A stretch of DNA of 50,486 nt from Octopus bimaculoides (GCF_001194135.2 NC_068990.1:62326990-62377475); one strand, 5' to 3'; positions 1-11,227 are shown, numbered from the stretch's first letter. Numbers and translations: made by a program. The notes: generated from the letters alone by a model not told the origin.

Positions 1-322
1 ATTAATCTATTTCGACTCTTCAGCCCAATATTCTGATAAATTTGAAAGTGTCTCTAAAAAATGTTCACGTTAATTTCTGGCCATGCGACACCAAAAACCA
101 ACGAGAAGAATAGGCACTCACGAATTCATCGTCTAGTGAGTTCAGGCACCCCACCTCAAAAGAAATCCATTCCATGTGCGTCACAAATAGTCATGTATGA
201 AAAAAAATCCCGTGTGAAGGGATTACGGTTTAACCATCTAACTTAGAGGTATCAAATATAAATTATACAAGAATAAGGGCAGGGAATCGTCAATTAGTAA
301 TAGAATTAATAATTAACAATTT

Positions 323-475
323 TGCCAAGTAGTTCAGTATGAAAAAACCTTTATCGGTAAAATCATTTATCATCATAAATATACAGGGATTAGCATTGAG
401 TTGCTTCTCCAACATACTGAAAATTTAGAAATAGATTTTACCGATAAAGGTTTTTTCATACTGAACTACTTGGCA
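323..475. repeat. Perfect 42-bp inverted repeat (323-364 / 434-475) around a 69-bp spacer
   Basis: tgccaagtagttcagtatgaaaaaacctttatcggtaaaatc at 323-364 is the exact reverse complement of 434-475. Confidence 0.95.
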
Positions 476-1550
476 TAGCGATTCAGAAATGTCTCGATTT
501 TTAAAAGTTGCCAGATCTTTCATCCACAAAGTTTGTAAGGAGCTAGAGACTGAAGATGGAAACGTACCAAAGAATAAAAAGCATTCTAAACCCTCTGAAA
601 TCATCAGAACACTTGAATTTATCCAGCAAGTTCAAAAGGTCATTGATTACAATCTCAGAAAATCCATGAGGTCAATTGCAAAAGATCTCCATGTGTCAGA
701 AGGAACAGTCAGAAATGTTGTCCACGGAGACATCAGATATATGTCGTATATATGATGAGGAAAGGTCAATTTGTCAGAAAAAAAAAACAAAAGAAAATCA
801 CTACATCACATCTAAAAGGTTCTTAAACAAACTGAAAAGTCCAGCAGAAGATTTGATTTGGTACTTCGACTAAGATCAAAAAGTTAACAGAAGAAATGAC
901 AGCTGATTATGTGCAGACCCTTCTGAAGTTCCAAGTGTTATGCATGCAAAATTTACTGCAACTGTCATGGTTTTAGGGGTTGTCAGCAATGAAGAACATG
1001 TAATGTCTCTTTACTTCTTTCCGCAAAGCTTCAGAGTTAACTCTGCCTCCTACATTGAGGTTCTGGAAACAATTCTTAAGCACTTGATAGACAGCAATGG
1101 AAGGGCAGATGTGTTACAGTAAGACGCTGCACTATCACACATGGCTCTAATAATACAGGAATGGATGGTTAAAATTTTTCATTATCACATAACCCTTAAA
1201 ATTTGATCTAATTTCCCAGATCTCAATCCATTGGACTACTACATGTGGAGCATTGTTGAGAGAGAGGTCAATGAACTCGCCCATGATACGAAAGATTCTT
1301 TGAAAGCTGTCATAGTCAGAGTAACGTCAAAAATGAACCAGGACCACTTGATTTGAGCATGTAGCTGATCTAGATCTCATATAGAAGTAGTTGTTGAAGC
1401 TGAAGGTGGCTTTATTGGATAACATTATAGAAAAGAAGGTTTTTTTTATCCTCATAGCATTTTTTGATAATTAAAGTTATTATCTGTTATTATATATATT
1501 TGTTTTTTTTTATAAACATAAATCTGTCCTCAAATATTTTACGCACCCTG
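476..1550 (+). mobile_element. Decayed Tc1/mariner transposon, maT/DD37D-like; 5'-truncated, right TIR present
   Basis: Pieces across several frames: HSDSEMSRFLKVARSF..SMRSIAKDLHVSEGTVRNVV (HTH); DQKVNRRND; VMVLGVVSNE; Q*DAALSH..NFPDLNPLDYYMW..IEVVVEAEGGFIG* (stop at 1422). There are 36 residues between the 2nd and 3rd Asp, one fewer than DD37D. The right end reads ..acgcaccctg|TA (1550, TA at 1551-1552). Confidence 0.9.
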
Positions 1551-1649
1551 TACATTGAGTGTATGTGTGTTTATATATATATATATGGTGGTTTTTATAT
1601 ATATATACATGTATATATATATATTTATATATATATACATGTATATAAG

Positions 1650-1982
1650 TTTGTCTGCTTTTGTGTTTGCCCTCCAGCACAGCTTGACAACCTGTGTTGT
1701 TGTTGTGTTTACGCCCCCCCCATCCTGTAATGTAGCGGTTGGGCAAAAAGAGACCGACAGAATAAGTATCAGGCTTAAAAATGGGTTGTGGTCGATTCAT
1801 TCGACTAAGGCAATGTTGCAGCATGACTGCAGTCTAATGACAGAAACAGATAAAAGATATTACATTGGCGTAGGCGTGACCATGTGGTAAGAAGCTTGCT
1901 TCCCAACCACGTGGTCGGGGATTCAGCCCCACTCCATAGCAGCTTAGGTAAGTGTCTTCAGACTGAAACGAGTAAAAGAATG
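1650..1982 (+). mobile_element. SINE family A: a 3' half (1650-1860) followed by an internally deleted head-plus-tail copy (1868-1982)
   Basis: Matches other copies in the window (gcttgacaac..gaccgacagaataagta; tgtggtaagaagcttgcttcccaaccac; tail gactgaaacgagtaaaaga). Confidence 0.8.
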
Positions 1983-2339
1983 CAGGTAATATATATATAT
2001 ATATATATATATATAGTAAATAGACACCCGGATTCAGCTAAACTGGCTAGTCTAATATGTATAATTGCACATGCGCTGTCAACGTATATTCAGTAATTCC
2101 TAGTTGATTACGCTGTGTTTTGGTTAGCGTGATATTTAAGTGATACATATAATCTATTTAAATAAAAATGTAATTTTATCCTCCTTGTGAACATTACATT
2201 GTTTGCACCTCAAGTTTTATTATTTAACTATGGAGAAAAAAAGTGAAGTAAAACCTGCTTTATGAGGCCATAAAGCTGAATAATGGGGAAAAAAAAGTTA
2301 TATTGTTTACTCACTAAAAAATATTTTGTGACCACATAC

Positions 2340-2532
2340 ACAAAATATCCGTTTTAAACACTATAACGCAGAAAATAGAGGCTTTATGAAGAAAAATGAA
2401 AATGGGCTGCGTACTCCTTCGACAAAAGCGCCAGCAACGTTACAAAAACTTAGTCTTCAAAGCAAACGGAAACCTCCCACGTATCAAGGACGTGGTACAA
2501 TTCGAAATGGATTTATTTAAGCTCATAAAATA
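2340..2532 (+). mobile_element. Penelope-like element, N-terminal ORF fragment (frameshifted)
   Basis: Reads LNTITQKIEAL / KWAAYSF / LVFKANGNLPRIKDVVQFEMDLFKLIK, resembling the PLE pre-RT motif. The last motif parallels QLEDDLWSIVK in the PLE at 19087-19620. Confidence 0.5.
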
Positions 2533-2619
2533 ATAAGAGAGAGTCATAACACCAACTTTTTCCAGTGTACATTAACCCGATGTTTGTCAACCTTAGGATA
2601 TACAAACTATATTTTTCAG

Positions 2620-3043
2620 TCATTGGATTATGGCCATACTGGGGCACCGCCTTGACGGATTTAATTGAACAAATCAACTTCAGTACTTATTTTTCTAAAT
2701 TCCATTAAGTGACGAGGGTGTAAATAAAGCAGCACCAGTTGTCAAGTGGTGGTGTGTGACAAAAAAGCACCAAGACAATGCCACACTCGCATGTATATAT
2801 ATATCACGTGATCACGTGACTGACAAGACTATCAGATGTTATTACACATCGCTGGTCACAATGTCTTCGAATGATGCCGCCCCGCTGGTGAGGAGGCCAT
2901 CATTCCTTGCTGATCGAAAGTGGGATTGGAGCACCCTGAAATGAAGTGTTTGGTGCCAGAACACAAGGCGTCACCCGATCTGCGAATCGAACCTACGATC
3001 TAGCGATCGTGAGTGCAACAGCCTCACCACTAGGCCATTCGCC

Positions 3044-3050
<7 letters not shown>
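2620..3050 (-). mobile_element. SINE-A 3' fragment (2620-2790) and a separate tRNA-derived SINE (2800-3050)
   Basis: On the minus strand the head is gtgaaggcgaa-TGGCCTAGTGG (A box) ..GGTTCGATTCG (B box), lying next to (CA)n. The SINE-A portion matches other copies in the window. Confidence 0.75.
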
Positions 3051-3077
<27 letters not shown>

Positions 3078-3395
3078 ACAGGGGCACACAGGCACGCACG
3101 CAAGCGCACCCACNNNNNNNNNNNNNNNNNNNNNNNNNNNNNNNNNNNNNNNNNNNNNNNNNNNNNNNNNNNNNNNNNNNNNNNNNNNNNNNNNNNNNNN
3201 NNNNNNNNNNNNNNNNNNNNNNNNNNNNNNNNNNNNNNNNNNNNNNNNNNNNNNNNNNNNNNNNNNNNNNNNNNNNNNNNNNNNNNNNNNNNNNNNNNNN
3301 NNNNNNNNNNNNNNNNNNNNNNNNNNNNNNNNNNNNNNNNNNNNNNNNNNNNNNNNNNNNNNNNNNNNNNNNNNNNNNNNNNNNNNNNNNNNNNN

Positions 3396-3915
3396 CCTCT
3401 CTCAAGACTTTGGTCGACCCGGAGCTATAGTCAGAAGACCCTTGCCCAAAGTGCCACGCCGCTGTTAGACCGAAACCAAAAGCTTGTAGTTGAAAAGCAA
3501 ACTTCTTACCACTCAGCCACAGCTGCGCTTATAATATTCTTTCATTCTTTTACTTGTTCCAGCCATTCGACTGCGGCCGTACTGGAGGACCGCCTTAAGG
3601 GGTTATAGTGGAACAAATCGACCCCGGGCTTATTCTTTCTAAGCCTAATATTTATTCTATCGGCATCTTTGAACGAACCGTTAAGTTACGGAAACGTAAG
3701 CACACCAACATCGGTTGTCAAGCGATGGTGAGGTGACAACCACAGACGCAAAGACACATAGACATAAATATACATATATACGTATATGCAACGGGTTTCT
3801 TTTCAGTTTCCGTCTACCAACTCCACTCAACCCGAGGCTACAATAGGAGACACTAGCCCAACGTGCCATATAGTGGGACTGAACTCGGAATCATGTGGTT
3901 GGGAAGCAAACTTCT
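3396..3915 (-). mobile_element. SINE family A, two copies (head fragment 3396-3535; near-full copy 3540-3915)
   Basis: Reverse complement of the SINE-A pattern seen at 25290 and 42560. Confidence 0.8.
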
Positions 3916-4309
3916 TATACACAGCCATAGCTGCGCCAATAATATGTCGATATGCGAACGAGGTATATTTATAGCAAATTGTTATTAAACAATGTTGCTA
4001 TAATATATGAGTAATCAAACACAATTAGACACAAGATCAGCAAGTGTTGAGGCCGACTACTGGGTCTATTATATTTAAGTGTGTAGCCTGGATATTTTAG
4101 CTCGTTGTTTATTATGTTCTATGTATTTGTGCTTCATTACTTATATGCATAAATTGTAGCATCGTTTAATAGGAATTTGCAATAGATAGTCCTATTTAGT
4201 TTACATTAATTGGGTTCACACTCCTATTTAGTTCGCATAAGTGGGTCCCCGCACCATTTTCATCCTAAGAGCATAGTCATTAAGACAATAACACAGCAAA
4301 GTACGCGCG

Positions 4310-4402
<93 letters not shown>

Positions 4403-4736
4403 CAATGAATGCAAAATGTTACGCAAAGAAGTTTAAAGGGGAATTTTGATATAGCGCTACTGTCTAGGGATTTAGTTATACTGAAAGCAAATCGAAACGC
4501 AGATTTACCTAGTTAGATATTGCAGTTTTTCACTCGTCCATTTGAAAGGTTATCTGGAAGCCCTAGGATTAAAAAAAGATTACTTTATAACTGGCACAAT
4601 TATCAATGGTAGAACAAATGCGTGGGATTTATTATCATCGCTAATGATAATTCCTTCTGGTTTAAGAAACAAAAATAAAATTTCTGATATATCTTTCGGC
4701 AGCAACAACAGAGTAGAAGCTTCCAATCTTGTCGAA

Positions 4737-4856
4737 CAGAGCCTTAGGATCAATTTAGACGGCTATGTGAAGCTGCTGGAGACTGTGGTCAATCCTTGGC
4801 TGGAGAGGGTCTCTGGTAGAAAGCCATATGTTTGGTTGGAGGATTCGGCTCCTTGC
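4737..4856 (+). mobile_element. Second maT-like transposase fragment
   Basis: QSLRINLDGYVKLLETVVNPWLERVSGRKPYVWLEDSAPC aligns by eye with QSFRVNSASYIEVLETILKHLID..VLQ*DAA of the 476-1550 element but has diverged from it. Confidence 0.75.
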
Positions 4857-4925
4857 AGGGGCGTAGCTAGGGTAAATGGCGCCTAGAGCAAGCATCAAAA
4901 TTTTCCCCCTCCACCCAACCAAAAA
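4856..4925 (+). mobile_element. Terminus of a putative non-autonomous DNA transposon (hAT-like CAGGGGCGTAGCTAGG end)
   Basis: An abrupt GC-rich caggggcgtagctagggtaaatggcgcctagagcaa interrupts the transposase. The class is assigned from recalled TIR motifs; I found no partner TIR. Confidence 0.45.
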
Positions 4926-4927
4926 GT

Positions 4928-5755
4928 GGGACTGTGTATCGTAAGCAATTAAAACGTATGGAATATTTTCATCAACAATGTCTCAGAAGGATTTTGAGGA
5001 TCAACTGGAAAATGTTTGTGAGTGACGATGAGGTTCTTGGAAGAGGGAAATGCTTCACTATTGAAGCTTTGCTATTGCAGTACAGATTGAGATGGAATGG
5101 ACACTTAGTCAGAATAACAAACAGAATGCCTAAACAACTTTTTTATGGAGAATTGGTGACAAGTAAGCGTCCGTCCCACAAACCAAAGATGAGGTACAAA
5201 GATTGTCTGAAGTCGGGGTTGAATAAGATAAATGTTCCAATTGACAACTGGGAAGATTTAGCGCATTGCCGAGGAAAATGGAAAAAAGTTGTGTATGAAG
5301 GCAAAAATGAATTTGAAAGGAAGAGAATGGAGCATGCAAAGATCAAAAGAAAGATGAGAAAAAGTGACAGGAATGATGTTCTAATAAACATTAATGAACG
5401 TGATGATCTTACATGTGATGAATTTGGAAAGATTTGTCTTAGTAAGGGTGGGCTAAAGAGCCATATGAAATTACACATTGCACAACCGCACATTGATTAT
5501 AGATGGACAGATGATTTCGAATGCATACTCTGTCATAAAGTATGCAGATCAAAAAGCGACTTGAAAAGGCATAATAAAGTCCATAGAGCTGTAAACTATA
5601 CAATCATCAAGTTTTCTTGCACTAATTGTCAAAAAGTATGCAAGTCTTTGGCAGGTCTCAAAAGCCATATTCGTGCAGTTCATCGATGGTATTCTGGGGC
5701 ATAAAGAAATCAAGCAATGGCTCTACTTGAAATCGAGTTGGCAACCATCATATTT
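4928..5755 (+). mobile_element. 5'-truncated RTE-clade LINE: post-RT C-terminal region with three C2H2 zinc fingers and a 3' UTR
   Basis: ORF 4934-5704: FHQQCLRRILRINW..RLRWNGHLVR..RMPKQLFYGEL..KPKMRYKDCLK..NWEDLA..RGKW, the typical RTE-BovB C-terminus. The fingers start at about 5414, 5522 and 5618. Confidence 0.9.
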
Positions 5756-5834
5756 GTGTGTATATGCTTGTCTTTGTGTTTGTTCTGCTTATACCACTCG
5801 AGGACTGGTGTATGTATGTATGTATGTATGTGTT

Positions 5835-6020
5835 AGGATCCACAATGAGCAGAACTTAACTGCAGGTATTGGTAGTGCAAATCAGAGGTGCAATCTGTGT
5901 GGGTGTTTTTTCAAAACATTGTCTGGTTTAAAAAGCCACATCAGACGCCATGAAGGGGCTAAGGTGTAGGTGCAGGAGGTGGTCAAACTCTGTGTAAGGA
6001 GTAGACAACCACCATGTATG
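5835..6020 (+). mobile_element. Second, very short RTE 3' end (one C2H2 finger, 3' UTR, (TATG)n tail)
   Basis: CNLCGCFFKTLSGLKSHIRRH* is followed by caaactctgtgtaaggagtagacaaccaccat+gtatgt, which parallels ctacttgaaatcgagttggcaaccatcat at about 5723-5751. Confidence 0.75.
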
Positions 6021-7526
6021 TNNNNNNNNNNATGTATATATGTCTGTATGTGTGTATGTATGTATGTATGTGTGCATATATGTGAAGAAAGAGATGAGAG
6101 ACAAGGCAGATAGAAAGACAATGTACAAATAAAAATACAGAAAAGTACAGATACATAAAATGATAATTAGACAAACACACACAGAGAACCACACACACAC
6201 TCACACATACACACAGGATGTGTGCGTGTGAGTGGGTGTGCGCGCGTGCGTATGTAATTGGTAGAATATAAGCAAATAAATTCTTGTATTTTGATACCTA
6301 AATATCGAAGCATTTATGTACATACGTTTGTATATAATATACATAATCTCAGAAACATAAGCATTATTATGCTAATCATATACCACCCGACTTCCTCGCC
6401 GTTAGTTAACTTCTGGACTGGTTAGCCTCACCTGTTTATTCCAGTTACTCAAATAACCGACCTCGGTTTTACAGTTAAACGATGCCATCTCCATATCCGA
6501 ACTATTATATGTCGGCTGCCTTTGTTTAAATCACCAGACGACGTAAGCTTTATGGAACATCGAATGACCACCAGCTCATGAGAGGCGTGGCCATTTGGCT
6601 CTACTTAACAGTCAGGTTGAATAACCAGCTGTCTGGAGGAAATGAAGAAGGTTGTCTACCTAGTTCCTTTCTTTTTTCTCTCTCTTCGTTCCACTTTCTT
6701 GGCATTTTCATATATCGACTCCATTTCAGACAGTTTTCGTCCAATTCCAACATGATTTCGGTATTTCTATTATGTGTGAAATCACTCATACCATCCCTCA
6801 CATTTCCCNNNNNNNNNNNNNNNNNNNNNNNNNNNNNNNNNNNNNNNNNNNNNNNNNNNNNNNNNNNNNNNNNNNNNNNNNNNNNNNNNNNNNNNNNNNN
6901 NNNNNNNNNNNNNNNNNNNNNNNNNNNNNNNNNNNNNNNNNNNNNNNNNNNNNNNNNNNNNNNNNNNNNNNNNNNNNNNNNNNNNNNNNNNNNNNNNNNN
7001 NNNNNNNNNNNNNNNNNNNNNNNNNNNNNNNNNNNNNNNNNNNNNNNNNNNNNNNNNNNNNNNNNNNNNNNNNNNNNNNNNNNNNNNNNNNNNNNNNNNN
7101 NNNNNNNNNNNNNNNNNNNNNNNNNNNNNNNNNNNNNNNNNNNNNNNNNNNNNNNNNNNNNNNNNNNNNNNNNNNNNNNNNNNNNNNNNNNNNNNNNNNN
7201 NNNNNNNNNNNNNNNNNNNNNNNNNNNNNNNNNNNNNNNNNNNNNNNNNNNNNNNNNNNNNNNNNNNNNNNNNNNNNNNNNNNNNNNNNNNNNNNNNNNN
7301 NNNNNNNNNNNNNNNNNNNNNNNNNNNNNNNNNNNNNNNNNNNNNNNNNNNNNNNNNNNNNNNNNNNNNNNNNNNNNNNNNNNNNNNNNNNNNNNNNNNN
7401 NNNNNNNNNNNNNNNNNNNNNNNNNNNNNNNNNNNNNNNNNNNNNNNNNNNNNNNNNNNNNNNNNNNNNNNNNNNNNNAATTAGGCACGCAGTCGCACAA
7501 CCCCTCTTCCTTTGTACATAAACATA

Positions 7527-7527
7527 C

Positions 7528-7558
<31 letters not shown>

Positions 7559-7677
7559 TGTATGTTTGTATGTATGCATGAATGTATGTACGTACGTATA
7601 TATGTCTGTATGTATGTGTGTGTATGTAAGGATGTATGTATGTGTATGTATATATGTATATATATGGAGCTATCTAT

Positions 7678-7711
<34 letters not shown>

Positions 7712-7745
7712 GTCTATCTATCTATCTATCTAACTAACTATCTAT
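7527..7745. repeat. Compound (TATG)n / (TATC)n microsatellite
   Basis: Directly visible. Confidence 0.95.
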
Positions 7746-7999
7746 TCATATTTAAGCATATAGATAGAAATATATACAAACAAGTACTTTTCAGGAAATT
7801 TGAGCATTAACGAGAAAAATGAATATTTAAAATGGTTTTATTGTTCTTCGCAATAGGTATGGAAGCGGTGTTTTATTTCAATGCGTTAACGGTGTCGCTA
7901 ATTTCTTGAATGATTATTGTGGCTTAAGAAGTGTAAGAGTACAGACAAATGGGAGAATTCTGCTTATAATTCAAAATATTTACTATGATATTACCTGAG

Positions 8000-8890
8000 C
8001 CCATTTGTGTTATGTTCGGTGTAGTAAGAAGTTTGCATCCCAACCACATGGTTTTGAGTTCAGGTCTACTGCGTAGCACTTTGGGCAAGTGTCTTCCTCT
8101 AAAGCCGCCAGAGGCCGATCAAAGCCTTGTGAGTGGATTTGGTAAACGGAAACTGATACATTCGTATCTCAAATGCGAACATAAAAGGCCGGATATTGTT
8201 GTTTGGGACAGAGTGGCAAAGTTATGTACCATCATAAAGATATAGATATCTCTTTGAAAATCAAAGAAAAATAGGATATCTACAGACAACTGCTTCGAAA
8301 CCTCCAGCTTCTATATCCAGACTATGAATACATATCCATACTAATAATAATTGGAGCACTAGGTTTTGTTAGTAAATGCTTAAAGGAGAATCTGGATAAA
8401 CTGGGATTTTCAGAAAAAGAAATTGACCGGCTGATTCGTACATTACAAGTACAATATGTGAGTGAAACAATAAAAATATGCAAGATTTTTCTCAAGTTCC
8501 AAATGTGAGTTTGTCAGTGTTAACTACATCCCAAAGCTGGAGTCTTGTATCTTTGTTGGAAACCGGCTCCTTCCCCAATGGAAGATTTATAATAATTAAA
8601 GAATAGAAGAGACATACATACACACATACATACGTGTGTGTGTGTGCGCGCACACGCGCGTATGCATGTGTGCGTGTGCGCTCATTGTGTATCTTTGTGA
8701 CTGTGTTTGTTCAACACCAATGCTTGACAACGTCCCTTAACGTAGCGGTTCGGAAAAAAAGGAGACCGATAGAATAAATACCAGGCTTAGCAAAAACTAT
8801 ACGTCCTGGGTTTGACTCGTTCGGCAAAACCCTTCTAGGCGGTGTTTCACCATGGCTGCACTGAAACAAGTGAGATATAAGTATTAAAAG
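8000..8890 (+). mobile_element. SINE family A split into a 5' half (8000-8155) and a 3' half (8630-8890) by a LINE insertion
   Basis: The head runs to ..ggatttggtaaacggaaactga, and the body resumes at gtgtg..tctttgtgactgtgtttgtt..gcttgacaac, ending ..ctgaaacaagtgagat. Confidence 0.8.
8157..8615 (+). mobile_element. R4/Dong-type LINE 3' fragment (REL endonuclease domain and 3' UTR)
   Basis: KCEHKRPDIVVWDRVAKLCTII / DISLKIKEK*DIYRQLLRNLQLLYPDY..IIIGALG..LDKLGFSEKEIDRLIRTLQVQ..KICKIFLKFQM*. Homologous to ORF 31247-31669; ends in (CATA)n. Confidence 0.85.
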
Positions 8891-9469
8891 ATAAACGATA
8901 TATATCTTTCATTGCAAATGCTAGTGCTGCAATCATGGACAAGAATTCTGATCTCACCGTTGTCTAAAAGGCTATTACTGATGCAGTCCACAAAGCGGAG
9001 AAGGCGTTGACTCTACAGATGAGAGCAACTGTCTTTCCAGAGTTCTTAGTTAAAGTATGTCTCTGGAATGTTGTTTGGACGAGTAACATGTAGCAAAAAG
9101 AGATGAAACAGAAAGGAGGGTGATCCGAGAGACCCGTGAAAATGAGCCAGTTTGATATTGTGAGGAAGATTTATGAAGGCAGGTGTTAACGCTTCGAAGG
9201 TCATCACAAAGAGGTGGGTTCAGCAGAAAGAGCATAATAGCCGAATAACCAGCAACAAGCTGTTTCTCAACAAGCAGGAGTGCAGGGATGAGCAGTGGCT
9301 CACGCGAATACGTTTTGTATTTCATTCAGAAACCAAGTCTACTCAGTTTACTGAGTGACTGGAATGGTATGTAACCCTCGCTGTTTTGAACTCCAGCATC
9401 AGACTGTACTCAGCAATCGTTTGTTGGCACCAGCGTCAGTAACCATATTAATCAAATCAGCCAACAAGA

Positions 9470-9672
9470 GGATCCCTTTTCGTAGCTGCTGAACCAACTA
9501 GAAATAGTAGTTGAAATCTCCCTCAGCGTTTTTTAAAGTATCACATTAAGATACTGTCGTCTAGGGCACACTAAGCCTTAAAATAGATGGGAAAGTTATA
9601 ACTCGAACGCTTTGAGACATACATCTATACGATCGGGGTAGGCGTCAAGCTAAACAACAGCAACAACAACAT
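9470..9672 (+). mobile_element. Unclassified short retroposon with a (CAA)n tail (family D)
   Basis: Shares ctagaaatag..atctccctc and gctaaacaac with the copies at 43445-43660 and 44410-44490. Confidence 0.5.
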
Positions 9673-11227
9673 CAAGAGAAAAGCATACAAGAAAGAAGAT
9701 AAACTATGCAAATAAATATGCTGAGGTATACACAACCTATAATTTTGGGGGAACAGTAGCACAAATACCTGCTCCCTCTTTCAATCACTTTATCTTTTAT
9801 CCAACGCTTAAAAGGAAAAAAAAGTTTCTAAGGAACTTGTGGCTTGCCAACATAACGTATCAACAGAACTAGAATAGCCTTAAACGAAATAATTTAACTG
9901 AACTGAAAGTATTGAATATTTTGTTGCATCCATACAATTTTTTAATCCAAATTCCTGTGAGAATCAACTTTACCTTTTATTCTTCTGGAAGTAGAAGAAG
10001 TTGATAAAATAAATATCAGTTGTGAACCAGGATTAATTCAATAAATTAATCTGCTTTCTTACAAATGTGCATATTTGAATCAATATAAAACTTTAAAATG
10101 TATTTAATGATTTACCATTTAAATGACGACCAGTGTGTGAGTATTATGTAAGAACGAACATGATTATAATGATAAGCGCCATAATTCTTCGAGTGTCTTA
10201 ATTAGACATCGTAATGATTAAATTTTGCGTCTATGTTCACCTGATGATAGAAATTATATGACAACCAAGATAATGCGTGACAATTTGTCTTGTTTTTACG
10301 TATTTATATTAAATTTCTATCTGTTAGATATGTTAACGCTTAAATTTTCATTTATGCTAGCAGCTCAATGCGAGATGCCTTCAATTAAGATAACACAATT
10401 CTCAAAGGAATATGTCCAGATGTTTCTTGAAAAGTGGAAATACAAAAGATGTGTATATAAAAGGGGGACGTTTTAATCATACTTTTCTAAAGTAACCTCT
10501 AAGTTCAACTACTTGCAAAAAGACTATCCATTCTCTGAATCCACGTAGTTACTTTCCCGCTTCGTCAGCTTGAATACTCAATAAGATACTTACGATATTT
10601 ATATAATGGGCTCTAATGTAAATCACATGCAGCTTAGAAGGTTTCTAGCCATGACATTAATAACGAACAACTGGAGATTGTATACAGACTGAACGGCTGT
10701 TGGTTATGAGTTTTGGTTAAGTTAACTGTGGCTGTTTCTTCTTGAAGTAGCTGCGTGATGGTTGTACATTAACTGGTCTAGCCTGTGTGTCTGGAGTGAT
10801 TGTGATAGACTATTAATAAGAAGAGACAGGTAAATTTAATGTAACTATTATTTATTGCAACCGTTATAAAAAAATACATGAGAAATGTCTTACATATTGA
10901 TAAGTAACTGGTTTGGTAATTCATGGTTTAGCTCTATGTATTGGGCAGCGTAGTTCTGAGTTCTGGGCAGCGAAGTTCTGAGTTCTGGGCAACGTACTTC
11001 TCTCCTGCTCTTTCTCACATAAATTCTAACTGACATCCATTTTAAATATAAAACCTTAAAACTGGGAGACAGACAAACCTGAAGCAGGTATGAAGTAAAA
11101 AGAGCATGTTATTGAGGAATTCGCGAATGGTGACTGAAGAACTTTGACAAACCTGATTTATTGATTGACCGACGCATTAATCAAACAGTCGATTGCTTAG
11201 ATGTTAATGAATTTACTAATAACAATG

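Noticed and set aside
548-566. ctgaagatggaaac as a hammerhead core
   Set aside because: It lies inside transposase coding sequence and has no stem II.
1464-1890. Low-complexity ORFs (YIYI, HTHT, CVCV, LSIY, poly-N/I) across the window
   Set aside because: They are translations of microsatellites.
2805-2820. Palindromic double E-box tcacgtgatcacgtga
   Set aside because: It sits in the 3' tail of a SINE, with no evidence of a regulatory role.
4934-5969. A host C2H2 zinc-finger gene with four fingers
   Set aside because: The fingers are in frame with an RTE C-terminus and lack TGEKP linkers. The fourth belongs to a separate LINE 3' end.
6601-6808. Minus-strand frame ..ENCLKWSRYMKMPRKW..GRQPSSF as a host exon
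   Set aside because: It matches no protein I recognise. It is at best a faint RTE/L2 C-terminal remnant, too weak to call.
6578-7810. Long ORFs spanning N runs (also 2946, 18648-19088, 25029, 28628, 30213, 33491)
   Set aside because: Their length comes from Ns translated as X. Only the flanking parts were evaluated.
9050-9360. Possible old RTE fragment (IVRKIYEGR)
   Set aside because: Only one short motif, with no supporting colinear motifs.
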